In this document: one piece after another, positions 27,205 through 35,316 of the stretch
Position numbering within the stretch: position 1 is the stretch's first letter
How the letters are laid out: each line of letters starts with the position of its first letter
IMG/VR virus record: IMGVR_UViG_3300037851_000280
Location: 1 to 41,709 of that record
Strand: one strand, 5' to 3'
Source of the DNA: a virus
Taxonomy: Duplodnaviria; Caudoviricetes
Length of the DNA: 41,709 bases
Notes under the pieces: generated by a model
The model's database searches: none
Seen by the model: the letters and a program-made list of their open reading frames with translations, nothing else
What the model was told of the DNA's origin: nothing
Position numbers and translations under genes: made by a program

Positions 27205-28085
27205 TATGCCCTCAGTAGCGCGGCGAGTTTTTCGTCGTGACTTATCCGCTGCGGCCGTTGGCCGTTGGCCTTGCCGTTTCCCGCCTGATACCCGTACTGC
27301 TTCGCCATATGGAAGAGCGTGCCAATACCGATGCCCTGGCCCTCCCCGTAGCCGCGATTGTCGAAGCTCCGCCACTTGCGGGCGACCTCGCCGGCGTACC
27401 CTGGCGACCACGCCTCAATCATGTCAATGCCGCGCTGGTCTGGGAATGCCGAGTGGACGGCCATTAAAACGGGCAGCCAGAACGTGTTGTAGTCGCCATG
27501 CGTCGGCAACGTTGCCAGCGCCTTGCGTACCGCCGCCTCATCCGTCGTTGCCCACTCAGGTGACACTTGCCGCAACGGGCGTGGCTCCGGTTCGATGTCC
27601 CCGCCAAACGTGACGAATAGCGCCAGTAGTTCTGCCGGCCGCTCTTCGATGTTGGCGCTGTACGCCCTGAGCCGGTTGCCCGTCACGGTGAAGTACCGCG
27701 CCTCATTGTACATCTCAAAGCCCGCCTGTTTGACGCTATGGGGGATGGTGCCCCGCGCCAGAATGTGAAGCCCCCGCCCCGATGGGCTGCGCTCCGTGTA
27801 GCTATCCAGGCACGATACCACCTGTGCGGCCGTGTCGCTTAGCTTGCCGTCGGCGTCGTAACAGTCATCGAGGTCAACGCCGATGACACCCGCCTCGATG
27901 GTAAAGACGTAGCCTATCCCGGCCCAGCTGTGGCGCTTGCGGGCCGCCCATGCTTCAGCGGCCGTCGCCCATGTCGCCGGGTCGGTTGACGACGCGGCCC
28001 GGCCGGTGTGCGGATTCATCGGCACCTTTTGGGCCGTGTACCCCACCCATTGCGGCAGGGCTTTCAAGTCTGCGATTGTTTGCAT
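27204..28085 (-). CDS. Primase-polymerase (AEP) with PriCT-2 domain
   Basis: QWVGY..KVP, GVDLDDC, ERSPSGRGLH, EMY...RYFTVTG; C-terminal W..VLMAVH...KWRSF...IGTLF. Confidence 0.88.
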   Translation of the reverse strand: MQTIADLKALPQWVGYTAQKVPMNPHTGRAASSTDPATWATAAEAWAARKRHSWAGIGYVFTIEAGVIGVDLDDCYDADGKLSDTAAQVVSCLDSYTERSPSGRGLHILARGTIPHSVKQAGFEMYNEARYFTVTGNRLRAYSANIEERPAELLALFVTFGGDIEPEPRPLRQVSPEWATTDEAAVRKALATLPTHGDYNTFWLPVLMAVHSAFPDQRGIDMIEAWSPGYAGEVARKWRSFDNRGYGEGQGIGIGTLFHMAKQYGYQAGNGKANGQRPQRISHDEKLAALLRA

Positions 28086-28139
28086 AAAGTCGCCTCTATT
28101 TTCACGTCTCTGGCGAGACGCTCCCCGGCGGATAGCGCT

Positions 28140-28343
28140 CTACTCTTGTTTGCCGTTTGTCTCTTCGATGTACTTATCCCATAGCAGGTACTCCAATTCA
28201 AAACTGATTGACCGCTTGTTACGGATGGCCCGCAAGCGCAACCAATCAAACAGACCACCATCAAACGACATCGGATTTTTGACCCGCCCCCGAGACGTGT
28301 GCCCCGATGCGGAGCGCGGCTTCAATACGCTTTCAACAGTCAT
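28140..28343 (-). CDS. Ribbon-helix-helix (Arc/CopG-like) regulator
   Basis: MSFDGGLFDWLRLRAIRNKRSISFELEYLL; GGAGG RBS; first gene after the leftward promoter. Confidence 0.65.
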   Translation of the reverse strand: MTVESVLKPRSASGHTSRGRVKNPMSFDGGLFDWLRLRAIRNKRSISFELEYLLWDKYIEETNGKQE

Positions 28344-28370
28344 AGATAACCTCCAATCGATGATGACCTC

Positions 28371-28399
28371 AGTATAATCATCGGGTAAAGTATTGTCAA
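28371..28399 (-). promoter_or_regulatory. Leftward sigma70 promoter
   Basis: TTGACA-17-TATACT on the minus strand. Confidence 0.8.
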
Positions 28400-28446
28400 G
28401 CGGATTGTGGAATATCAGATGGGGGCCATATTGGGAATATTGGTAC

Positions 28447-28475
28447 TTGACAGATATAGCGAAGTGCTTTATACT
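28447..28475 (+). promoter_or_regulatory. Rightward early sigma70 promoter
   Basis: TTGACA-17-TATACT. Confidence 0.8.
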
Positions 28476-28505
28476 GTGTGCATAGTTAGCGAACAGGAGA
28501 GCGAA

Positions 28506-28694
28506 ATGAACGAGCAACAGATTGGCTATATACTGAACAACCTGACCCCCACCACCTTGGCGGCGATAGTGGCTGATTTGCAAAATGCGGGGCTGACCTA
28601 CACGGTATTTTGTGAAGATGCACACCGGGCGCTTATCTCCAATGTCGGAGAAGAGGGCGCCGAAACCATGATTGACGCCGCTGGCGTTTACTAG
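28506..28694 (+). CDS. Hypothetical early protein
   Basis: AGGAG RBS and ATG at 28506; first gene after the promoter. Confidence 0.65.
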   Translation: MNEQQIGYILNNLTPTTLAAIVADLQNAGLTYTVFCEDAHRALISNVGEEGAETMIDAAGVY

Positions 28695-28725
28695 CCCAGC
28701 CCTTACCCCATAGGAGACACGAACG

Positions 28726-29193
28726 ATGAACGACCAGGTACGGCGATACAACGAACTGAAAGACGATTACTCTCCAATGGCGGCGGCTTTCAGGATGGAC
28801 GGCGAGACGCCGGCCGATGAGCCGCAAGACACCGCGCCGTGGTGGACACCCGCGCCGGAGCCTGGCTCTCCCGCCTACTGGGCCGCTCGCATCGTCACCC
28901 GCCACCCGCACCTGGCGCGGCCTGTCGCTCAGGCGCTGGCGTTGGTCGAGGCCGGCCACGTCAGCGGCGACGACATTCACACCCAGGTCATCAACGCCGA
29001 GCGAAAGGTCATCTATCACCAGGGCTTCGAGCCGGCGCTTGGTCAGTGGGTGTGCAACTGCAAAGCCTATGAGTTTCGCGCTTACCGTACCACCGGCCGC
29101 TTTGTCGTCTGCAAGCACATTCTGGCGATCCGCATTGCCGAGCGCGCCGGCCTGCTTGAAAAGACCCAATTGGAGGATTCCCATGCCCGTTGA
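28726..29193 (+). CDS. SWIM zinc-finger protein
   Basis: WVCNCKAY...CKHILA (CxC...CxH). Confidence 0.8.
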   Translation: MNDQVRRYNELKDDYSPMAAAFRMDGETPADEPQDTAPWWTPAPEPGSPAYWAARIVTRHPHLARPVAQALALVEAGHVSGDDIHTQVINAERKVIYHQGFEPALGQWVCNCKAYEFRAYRTTGRFVVCKHILAIRIAERAGLLEKTQLEDSHAR

Positions 29194-29383
29194 ACCTATC
29201 ACCCGCGCCCAGGTCGAGTCTGCGTTTGACCGCCTGCTCGCCCTCGTCGCCAAGAACTGCGACACGGCCACGGCCTGGACCGTCGCCTGCGTCAAGGCCG
29301 ACATCCTCGACATCCTGACCGGCGACTGGCACGGCGACGAGCCGCCCCCGGTCAACGCCGCAGAGTGGCAGGTGGCGCTATGA
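29183..29383 (+). CDS. Hypothetical protein
   Basis: GGAGG RBS before MPVEPITR. Confidence 0.6.
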   Translation: MPVEPITRAQVESAFDRLLALVAKNCDTATAWTVACVKADILDILTGDWHGDEPPPVNAAEWQVAL

Positions 29384-29589
29384 ACGACATCAACGACCAG
29401 CGCATCAGCGACTATCTGGACGACCTTGACCGGCTCGAGCGGCTTAACCGGATCACCCACTGGCCTGTAGACGACACCGGGTTCCCGATGTCGTACGACG
29501 AATGGAACGCTCTTCGCGTCCTGGCCGGGAAGCCGGCCGGAGATTTTGCCGAATATTTGAGTGCCTTGAATCAGCAGGAGAAATCATGA
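29380..29589 (+). CDS. Hypothetical protein
   Basis: ATGA overlaps on both sides. Confidence 0.6.
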   Translation: MNDINDQRISDYLDDLDRLERLNRITHWPVDDTGFPMSYDEWNALRVLAGKPAGDFAEYLSALNQQEKS

Positions 29590-30431
29590 CCAATGAAACC
29601 GCATTGACAACCGCCCCGGCCGCCGATATTGCCGAGCAGGTCGCCGTCGTTGGCGACTTGGCGCAACTGTCTCCGGCGCAGCGCATGGCCTACTACGGCC
29701 GCGTTTGTGAATCACTGGGTATCAACCCCTACACCCAGCCATTTCAGTACATCCGGCTCAACAACAAGCTTGTCCTCTATGCCACTCGGACCGCCGCCGA
29801 CCAGCTGCGGAAACGAAACGCCGTCAGCCTGGACGCGCCGCGCATCGAATTCGCCGACGGCCTGTGCATTGTCACCGTCACCGGGACGGATGAAACCGGC
29901 CGGACAGACACCGAAATCGGCGCGGTGCCGTTGGGCAATCTACAAGGCGAGGCCCGCGCGAATGCCATCATGAAAGCCGTCACCAAAGCCAAGCGCCGCT
30001 TGACCCTCAGCATCTGCGGCCTGGGCTGGCTCGACGAAACCGAAGTCGAGAGCATCCGCGACGCCCGCCCGGTCAACGTGACCGCCGACGGCGAGATTGT
30101 GGATCCGCCGCCGGCAACGCTCATAGCCAGCAACGGCCGCGCAGTGGTCGCGGTGGTCGAGCCGCCCATGCCCGATGATGAGTTGGTCGTCAAAGAGGCC
30201 GCCCCCGGCGCGTTTTTCCAGACCGTCGCCAGCCTGCTCGACGACGATGAACCGGGCATCAAGGCCCGGATGAAGGCGCTTGGCTACAAGGCCATCCCCG
30301 GCGCATCGGCCGAACGGTTGGCGGCCTACCGCAAGCTGCGCGACAGCCGGGTCGAGACAGCGGCCGCGCAAGACGAACTCTTTGGAGAGGAGCCGGTCGC
30401 AACCGAAGGCCACTGGGAAGACCCGGCATAA
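29586..30431 (+). CDS. Putative single-strand annealing recombinase (Rad52/Redbeta superfamily-like)
   Basis: GDLAQLSPAQR..YY..VCESLGINP...LYAT...NAIMKAVTKAKRR.TLSICGLG.LDETE plus an acidic tail; family call from recalled motif. Confidence 0.6.
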   Translation: MTNETALTTAPAADIAEQVAVVGDLAQLSPAQRMAYYGRVCESLGINPYTQPFQYIRLNNKLVLYATRTAADQLRKRNAVSLDAPRIEFADGLCIVTVTGTDETGRTDTEIGAVPLGNLQGEARANAIMKAVTKAKRRLTLSICGLGWLDETEVESIRDARPVNVTADGEIVDPPPATLIASNGRAVVAVVEPPMPDDELVVKEAAPGAFFQTVASLLDDDEPGIKARMKALGYKAIPGASAERLAAYRKLRDSRVETAAAQDELFGEEPVATEGHWEDPA

Positions 30432-30540
30432 GCAACTCGCCCACTGCCCCGCCCGTGACGGCGCACCCAACGCGCCGGAGCGCGACCGCCGCCGGACCGA
30501 CGAAACTCTCCCCGGTAGACGACGGGGCAGTGGGGACAGG

Positions 30541-30580
30541 CAAGGTAAGGCAAGGCAAGGCAAGACAAGGCAAGACATGG
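30541..30580 (+). repeat. Degenerate pentamer tandem repeat (CAAGG)x8
   Basis: CAAGG TAAGG CAAGG CAAGG CAAGA CAAGG CAAGA CATGG, ending in the ATG at 30577. Confidence 0.85.
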
Positions 30581-30813
30581 ACACCAACGACTACACAGAA
30601 CTGCACAGCATGGTCAAGTGGGCCAGGGCAAACAACATCATTTTGCCCCAAGACCTGTACGACCTGTACGACATGGCCGAGCGCCTGATGGCGGGCGTTC
30701 GCACGATGGCACGCAACAAGACGATGAACCGCCCCGGCCTCGGCATTGGCGGGGCTTACGAAGCGGTCCACAAGTTAGCTCAGTACGTCGCGGCAAAGGA
30801 GGCGACACGATGA
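30577..30813 (+). CDS. Hypothetical protein
   Basis: MDTNDYTEL...; ATGA overlap with the next gene. Confidence 0.6.
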   Translation: MDTNDYTELHSMVKWARANNIILPQDLYDLYDMAERLMAGVRTMARNKTMNRPGLGIGGAYEAVHKLAQYVAAKEATR

Positions 30814-31052
30814 CAACCTTGATCCGAGTGGGAAACACAATCATCAACCTGGACAACGTGACACACGTCGCCGGTGACTCGGTGCTGGTCGTGTATTTCA
30901 ACGCCCAGAGCGACGTGTCCCCCGGATACGATGCACAGTCTTCGATAACATTTCGTGACGAAGAGGCCGCCATCCTGCGCGAGTACCTCATTGGGTGCGC
31001 CGTGGATGTTCGAACGTACATCGGCGCTAATTGCAGCAAGGGGGCATCATGA
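30810..31052 (+). CDS. Hypothetical protein
   Basis: AAGGAGG RBS; LIRVGNTIINLDNV motif. Confidence 0.65.
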   Translation: MTTLIRVGNTIINLDNVTHVAGDSVLVVYFNAQSDVSPGYDAQSSITFRDEEAAILREYLIGCAVDVRTYIGANCSKGAS

Positions 31053-31261
31053 CCCGGCGACGCTATCCGATTATTCCAGACCGCACGCCGCGGCCCATGT
31101 CGCCAACGGCTCGCCGCGTCCGGGCCGCGGCATTCGTCCCCGGCGCGCTGGCGTTCGGCATTGTAGCGATGACCTACGATGCGTTACCGATGGGCGTGAT
31201 AGTCCTGATTATCCTGCTTGCGGCGGTGTGCGCGGCGGCGGGGTGGATGGTAGGGAGGTAG
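31049..31261 (+). CDS. Small 2-TM membrane protein
   Basis: Two hydrophobic segments; ATGA overlap. Confidence 0.55.
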   Translation: MTRRRYPIIPDRTPRPMSPTARRVRAAAFVPGALAFGIVAMTYDALPMGVIVLIILLAAVCAAAGWMVGR

Positions 31262-31269
31262 ATGGGCCG

Positions 31270-31869
31270 ATGAGTGCAACCGTCAAGCAACCCCGCGCCG
31301 ATGCCCTGCGCGTTGCCCTGCGACTGGTCGAGGCTCTGCAACCGTACTGCCACCGCATCGAGCTGGCCGGCAGCCTGCGCCGCGAAACGCCACTGGTTGG
31401 CGACATCGAGGTCGTTGCCGTTCCATTGTCCCGGACCGACCTATTTGGCTATCCGGTCAAAGGCCCGACGCCATTGGAAGCGTTTCTGGTTGGGAAGGGA
31501 ATTGAATTCACCAAAAACGGCGACCGCTACAAGCAATTCAAATACGGCCGCCACACGGTTGACCTGTTCCTGCCCACGGCCGCCACGTGGGGCAGCATCT
31601 TCGCCATCCGCACCGGCTCGTGGGAATTCTCCCGCTGGCTGGTCACGTCGCGGGTTAGGGGCGGCGCAGCGCCTGAGGGCGTCACGTTTCACGACGGCCG
31701 GCTCTATGCCTTCAGCCGTCGCCTGACCACTCCGGAAGAGACCGACGTGTTCGCTGCCCTGGGCCTGGCCTTCATCGAGCCGCGACTGCGTTTCGGCCCG
31801 GCCGACGACCCGGTCTGCGTTGAACCTGTTTGGAATTACGACGTCAACGAGGAGGCCGTCACGCCATGA
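31270..31869 (+). CDS. Minimal family X DNA polymerase/nucleotidyltransferase (palm and thumb only)
   Basis: AGSLRRE...GDIEVV...VDLF...TGSWEF...EETDVFAALGLAFIEPRLR. Confidence 0.85.
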   Translation: MSATVKQPRADALRVALRLVEALQPYCHRIELAGSLRRETPLVGDIEVVAVPLSRTDLFGYPVKGPTPLEAFLVGKGIEFTKNGDRYKQFKYGRHTVDLFLPTAATWGSIFAIRTGSWEFSRWLVTSRVRGGAAPEGVTFHDGRLYAFSRRLTTPEETDVFAALGLAFIEPRLRFGPADDPVCVEPVWNYDVNEEAVTP

Positions 31870-31997
31870 CCACCATCCTAACCCTTTGCCTCTTTGCCCC
31901 CACCGTATTCCTGCTCGGCCTGGGCATTGTCGCCGTCGCCGTGTGGGCATGGGAGCAAGTGCCCAGCGATGTCGCGGTGAATGAGGATGCGTTGTGA
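31866..31997 (+). CDS. 43-aa single-TM protein (not in ORF track)
   Basis: MTTILTLCLFAPTVFLLGLGIVAVAVWAWEQVPSDVAVNEDAL; ATGA and GTGA overlaps with both neighbours; GGAGG RBS. Confidence 0.6.
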   Translation: MTTILTLCLFAPTVFLLGLGIVAVAVWAWEQVPSDVAVNEDAL

Positions 31998-32563
31998 AGT
32001 ACGGTGTCATTCTGGCCGATCCGCCGTGGAGCTACAATAACGCCGGAACGCGCGGCGCGGCTGCGCTTGTCTATCCCACCATGTCAGATGCCGATATTGC
32101 CGCGCTTCCCGTGGGCGACATGGCCGCGTCAGATTGCGTCCTCCTGCTCTGGGGTACGTGGCCCAAATTACTAGAGGGGTGTATGGCGGCCCTTGACGGT
32201 TGGGGCTTTGCTTACGTTACTGGATTTCCCTGGATAAAGGTCGAGGAGGTCAGCCGCGACCTATGGGGCGAATTGAAAATCAAAACACGCTACGGGTTGG
32301 GCTTTTGGGCACGCGGCACAAGCGAGCCGCTACTTATCGCCCGCCGTGGCGATCCCAAGCCGCCGCCGGATGGCTTTATCGGGCTGCTATCGCCCAACCT
32401 TGCCCACAGTCGTAAGCCGGAGAGCATTTATCACTATGCCGAGGCCATGCCGGGACCGTATCTAGAATTGTTTGCACGTCGCCCGCGTGCGGGCTGGGAT
32501 TCGTGGGGCAACGAAATAACAAGCACGATTGTAATGCCTGACGGTGCGGAGGCCGCGCCATGA
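31994..32563 (+). CDS. MT-A70 family N6-adenine methyltransferase
   Basis: ILADPPW, YPTM, LLLWGTWP, WGF.Y, HSRKPE, YLELFARR..GW..WGNE. Confidence 0.92.
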   Translation: MKYGVILADPPWSYNNAGTRGAAALVYPTMSDADIAALPVGDMAASDCVLLLWGTWPKLLEGCMAALDGWGFAYVTGFPWIKVEEVSRDLWGELKIKTRYGLGFWARGTSEPLLIARRGDPKPPPDGFIGLLSPNLAHSRKPESIYHYAEAMPGPYLELFARRPRAGWDSWGNEITSTIVMPDGAEAAP

Positions 32564-33171
32564 TCACTCGCCGCGCCGTCACCACCGACACGGGCGCAAT
32601 TCGTAACAGCGTCTTCGCCGGCGTCGTGGCAAGCGGCACGACTTACGGCACGCTGGCCGCGCCTGGCCCAGTAGCCGTCTGTATCGCCGTCGGTGGCAGC
32701 GCGGCCCTTGCCATGCTCTGCTGGCGCATCTGGGAGGGCGACCGCCGTGCTTACGAGACCCGCGAAAGAGCGGAGGAAGCGCCGCCCGTATCCGAGACCC
32801 GACCGGTGCGGCCGTTTGTGCCAACGACCAACGGCAACACAACGCGGATCGCCAATATCCGATTGCCGCTGCACGATTGGCAAGCGCTAATAGATGACGC
32901 GGCGGCCAATAACTGGACAATTAGCCGCGACCGAGGGCGGCGCTTTATGCCGCGTGAATACTACGCCGATTGGAGCAAAACCGTTTCCACGTTAGAGCGG
33001 GCGGGAATGGTCCAGCGACAGGGCAACCAGACGCGGCTAACCGAACACGGACTGGCGGCCATTGTTGCTATGGGCGTCTCCCTGCCCCAAACGCGCCTGG
33101 AGCATCGCCCGCTTCATAGAGCGGACGGGCGGCGAGCGGACGGGCGGGCGAGTAGGGGGGGGGAGCGATGA
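32560..33171 (+). CDS. Membrane-anchored protein with possible C-terminal winged HTH
   Basis: N-terminal hydrophobic segments; LERAGMVQRQGNQTRLTEHG wing-like motif. Confidence 0.55.
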   Translation: MITRRAVTTDTGAIRNSVFAGVVASGTTYGTLAAPGPVAVCIAVGGSAALAMLCWRIWEGDRRAYETRERAEEAPPVSETRPVRPFVPTTNGNTTRIANIRLPLHDWQALIDDAAANNWTISRDRGRRFMPREYYADWSKTVSTLERAGMVQRQGNQTRLTEHGLAAIVAMGVSLPQTRLEHRPLHRADGRRADGRASRGGER

Positions 33172-33380
33172 CCTGGGACGATGTGCGCGCCTTCATAGCC
33201 GCCGACTTGACCCGGCAGACAGGCCGCGAAGTCAAGGCTGGTAGCATCTACATAGCGTCCGACTTCGTAGGCATCCGGCTGGCCTACCCTGTTATCATCG
33301 AGGGAGAGGTAGTGCCGGACGCCGACGATTGGCATTGGGACTGGTATGACTTTGAGAATGACATGAGGATGACCCCATGA
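33168..33380 (+). CDS. Hypothetical protein
   Basis: ATGA overlaps on both sides. Confidence 0.55.
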   Translation: MTWDDVRAFIAADLTRQTGREVKAGSIYIASDFVGIRLAYPVIIEGEVVPDADDWHWDWYDFENDMRMTP

Positions 33381-33793
33381 CACTAGACGATCTCTCCGAC
33401 GGCAACGCCGCCGCCGACATGCTCGGTGTGTCAAGCGGCTCTAACGCCTGGCGCATTCTGCGCGACCGGTTGGACGAATACCGCCGCTCCACCGGCCGCG
33501 ACGTGCAGATGGTCAAGGTCGGCGCAAAGATGGCCGCCGTGACTACCGACCTGACCGCCTTTGTCCAGTGGTATGACCAATGGCGCAAGGACGCCGCCGC
33601 CGACATGCAACGGCGTGCAACTGAAGGCAACCGCCGACGCGCCGCTGAACGCAAGGCGCACGCGCCGTACACCGTTCACCCGTATCACAGTAGCGACCGG
33701 CGCAAGCGTGACACGCCTGAGCAGATCGCACTTGCCAAGCGCAAGGCCAATCTACGAGCCGCTATCATCTGGCTTAAGGAAGAAATGGAATGA
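33377..33793 (+). CDS. Hypothetical protein, possibly DNA-binding
   Basis: AAADMLGVS HTH-like start; ATGA overlaps. Confidence 0.55.
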   Translation: MTLDDLSDGNAAADMLGVSSGSNAWRILRDRLDEYRRSTGRDVQMVKVGAKMAAVTTDLTAFVQWYDQWRKDAAADMQRRATEGNRRRAAERKAHAPYTVHPYHSSDRRKRDTPEQIALAKRKANLRAAIIWLKEEME

Positions 33794-34353
33794 GGGGATT
33801 GCCAGATAGATTTGACAAAAAGTGGCGGGATATTTGCGAAGTCGCTCCGATTAGCGCCGCACACGCCCGCTACATGATCGGTTTACACTATCTTGGTAAA
33901 TGGCCCGCGATTGTACGCTGTTCACTTGGTCTATACGTAGGCCCATTTGTAAACGGGTTGTGTATGTTTAGCGATGCTCCACATCAAACAAGCGTTCGCT
34001 ATAACGGCGTGACGTGGGAACTGGCCCGGCTATGGGTCCACGATGATATACCGACCAATGCCGAATCATGGTTTATTGGCAAAGCGGTAAAATATGTGAA
34101 GATCCATTACCCTGAAGTTCGATATCTTGTTAGTTACGCCGATCCATCGGCCGGGCACATGGGGACGATTTACAAAGCGGCCAACTGGCAATCCGATGGC
34201 CGCACGGATGACGATAGAAAAACGCCTCGCTTTGATCTGGCCAGCGCAAACACGGGGAAGAAATACGGGCGGTCAATACACGTCCCCGCCGATGAGCCTA
34301 CCGTGCGCGTGCGGCGCGTTTCTAAGTATAGATTTGTTTATCCAATTCGTTAA
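33790..34353 (+). CDS. Mom-like (GNAT-fold) adenine modification protein
   Basis: HYLGKWP, WELARLWV, NAESWFIG, VSYADPSAGHMGTIYKAANW motifs. Confidence 0.8.
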   Translation: MRGLPDRFDKKWRDICEVAPISAAHARYMIGLHYLGKWPAIVRCSLGLYVGPFVNGLCMFSDAPHQTSVRYNGVTWELARLWVHDDIPTNAESWFIGKAVKYVKIHYPEVRYLVSYADPSAGHMGTIYKAANWQSDGRTDDDRKTPRFDLASANTGKKYGRSIHVPADEPTVRVRRVSKYRFVYPIR

Positions 34354-34361
34354 TTACTACC

Positions 34362-34550
34362 ATGACACCGAACACACCGATTCTAGACCCAGATGGCCAT
34401 CCGGCCGTGGTCATCACCCGGCCCGTACCAGGGCGGGCGTTGCAGCTAGTTGTGATCCTATATGACACGGGTCGGGCGCGGCTTGTTGATCTTGCCGCGT
34501 GCCGACCCATTCACCCGGCCACCGTGCCGGAAGGGGAGATAGTAGCGTGA
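34362..34550 (+). CDS. Hypothetical protein
   Basis: 62-aa ORF; GTGA overlap with the next gene. Confidence 0.5.
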   Translation: MTPNTPILDPDGHPAVVITRPVPGRALQLVVILYDTGRARLVDLAACRPIHPATVPEGEIVA

Positions 34551-34783
34551 CCGAACATCAGGCAGTTTACACCGTTGAGGCGTCCGAGCGGGCGCAATTG
34601 GCAAACATGCGGCGCGAGGCCCAAATGCTGACAGGCGACGCCCGCGCCTTGCTCGCGTTGGCTGAATCGCTGGTCGCGTCCGGCCGCGACTTGTGGGACT
34701 TCTGGACCGACCGCGAGCGCGGCGAACACTACGCGACGATGCGCGACCTGCGCTTGAGGATTGAGGCGTTGCTAGGATCGTAA
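34547..34783 (+). CDS. Hypothetical protein
   Basis: GGGAG RBS and GTG start. Confidence 0.55.
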   Translation: MTEHQAVYTVEASERAQLANMRREAQMLTGDARALLALAESLVASGRDLWDFWTDRERGEHYATMRDLRLRIEALLGS

Positions 34784-34904
34784 GCCACCCCCGGCGGCCG
34801 TCTAACCGCCGATAGTGGAGCCGTGCTGATTTGGTACGGCTAATCCGGGCGCACTTACACGAGTGGTGTAACTTATCCCGCAAGCATGAGGCTACACCCA
34901 GACA

Positions 34905-34968
34905 CGCCCGCCCATGTCGCCGTCAGCGCCCAGGCGACGGGCGGGCGGGTTGCTCATATTTGTCTTTG
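34905..34968 (+). terminator. Hairpin, possible terminator of the early operon
   Basis: CGCCCGCCC/GGGCGGGCG stem with inner GTCGCC/GGCGAC; the T-rich tract is offset by ~10 nt. Confidence 0.4.
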
Positions 34969-34999
34969 TCTATGTGTGGATATTGGTGTTCCTAACCCC

Positions 35000-35028
35000 T
35001 TGACATGTTATATAACATGGCGTATACT
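35000..35028 (+). promoter_or_regulatory. Sigma70 promoter with 16-bp palindromic operator
   Basis: TTGACA-17-TATACT; perfect palindrome CATGTTATATAACATG at 35004-35019. Confidence 0.82.
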
Positions 35029-35058
35029 GTTGATAGTTAAGCGGAACGGAGAAACGAA

Positions 35059-35316
35059 ATGAACACCCTAAAGACCCGACAGTATATCAATACGAAAATG
35101 GCAGAAACGGTCAATCTGGAACTGGGGACAAACATTGAAATAACGATGATTGGAACGGACACAGAAGTTGTCAGATTTGCAGTTACCGGCGAATTAAAGG
35201 ATGTGAAACGGGCAAGCGAATACCTGGCCCAGACCCAAAACGGGACGATTGTCTACCGGGACGAAACCGAAGACCCTGAAGACCCCAATTGGTTTGTCTA
35301 CTGGATCGAATTCTAG
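35059..35316 (+). CDS. Hypothetical acidic protein (AT-rich gene)
   Basis: GGAGA RBS; first gene of the operon. Confidence 0.65.
   Translation: MNTLKTRQYINTKMAETVNLELGTNIEITMIGTDTEVVRFAVTGELKDVKRASEYLAQTQNGTIVYRDETEDPEDPNWFVYWIEF

Noticed and set aside
28633-29460. 275-aa minus ORF and other long antisense ORFs in the early arm
   Set aside because: They overlap well-supported plus-strand genes with RBSs and coupled starts.
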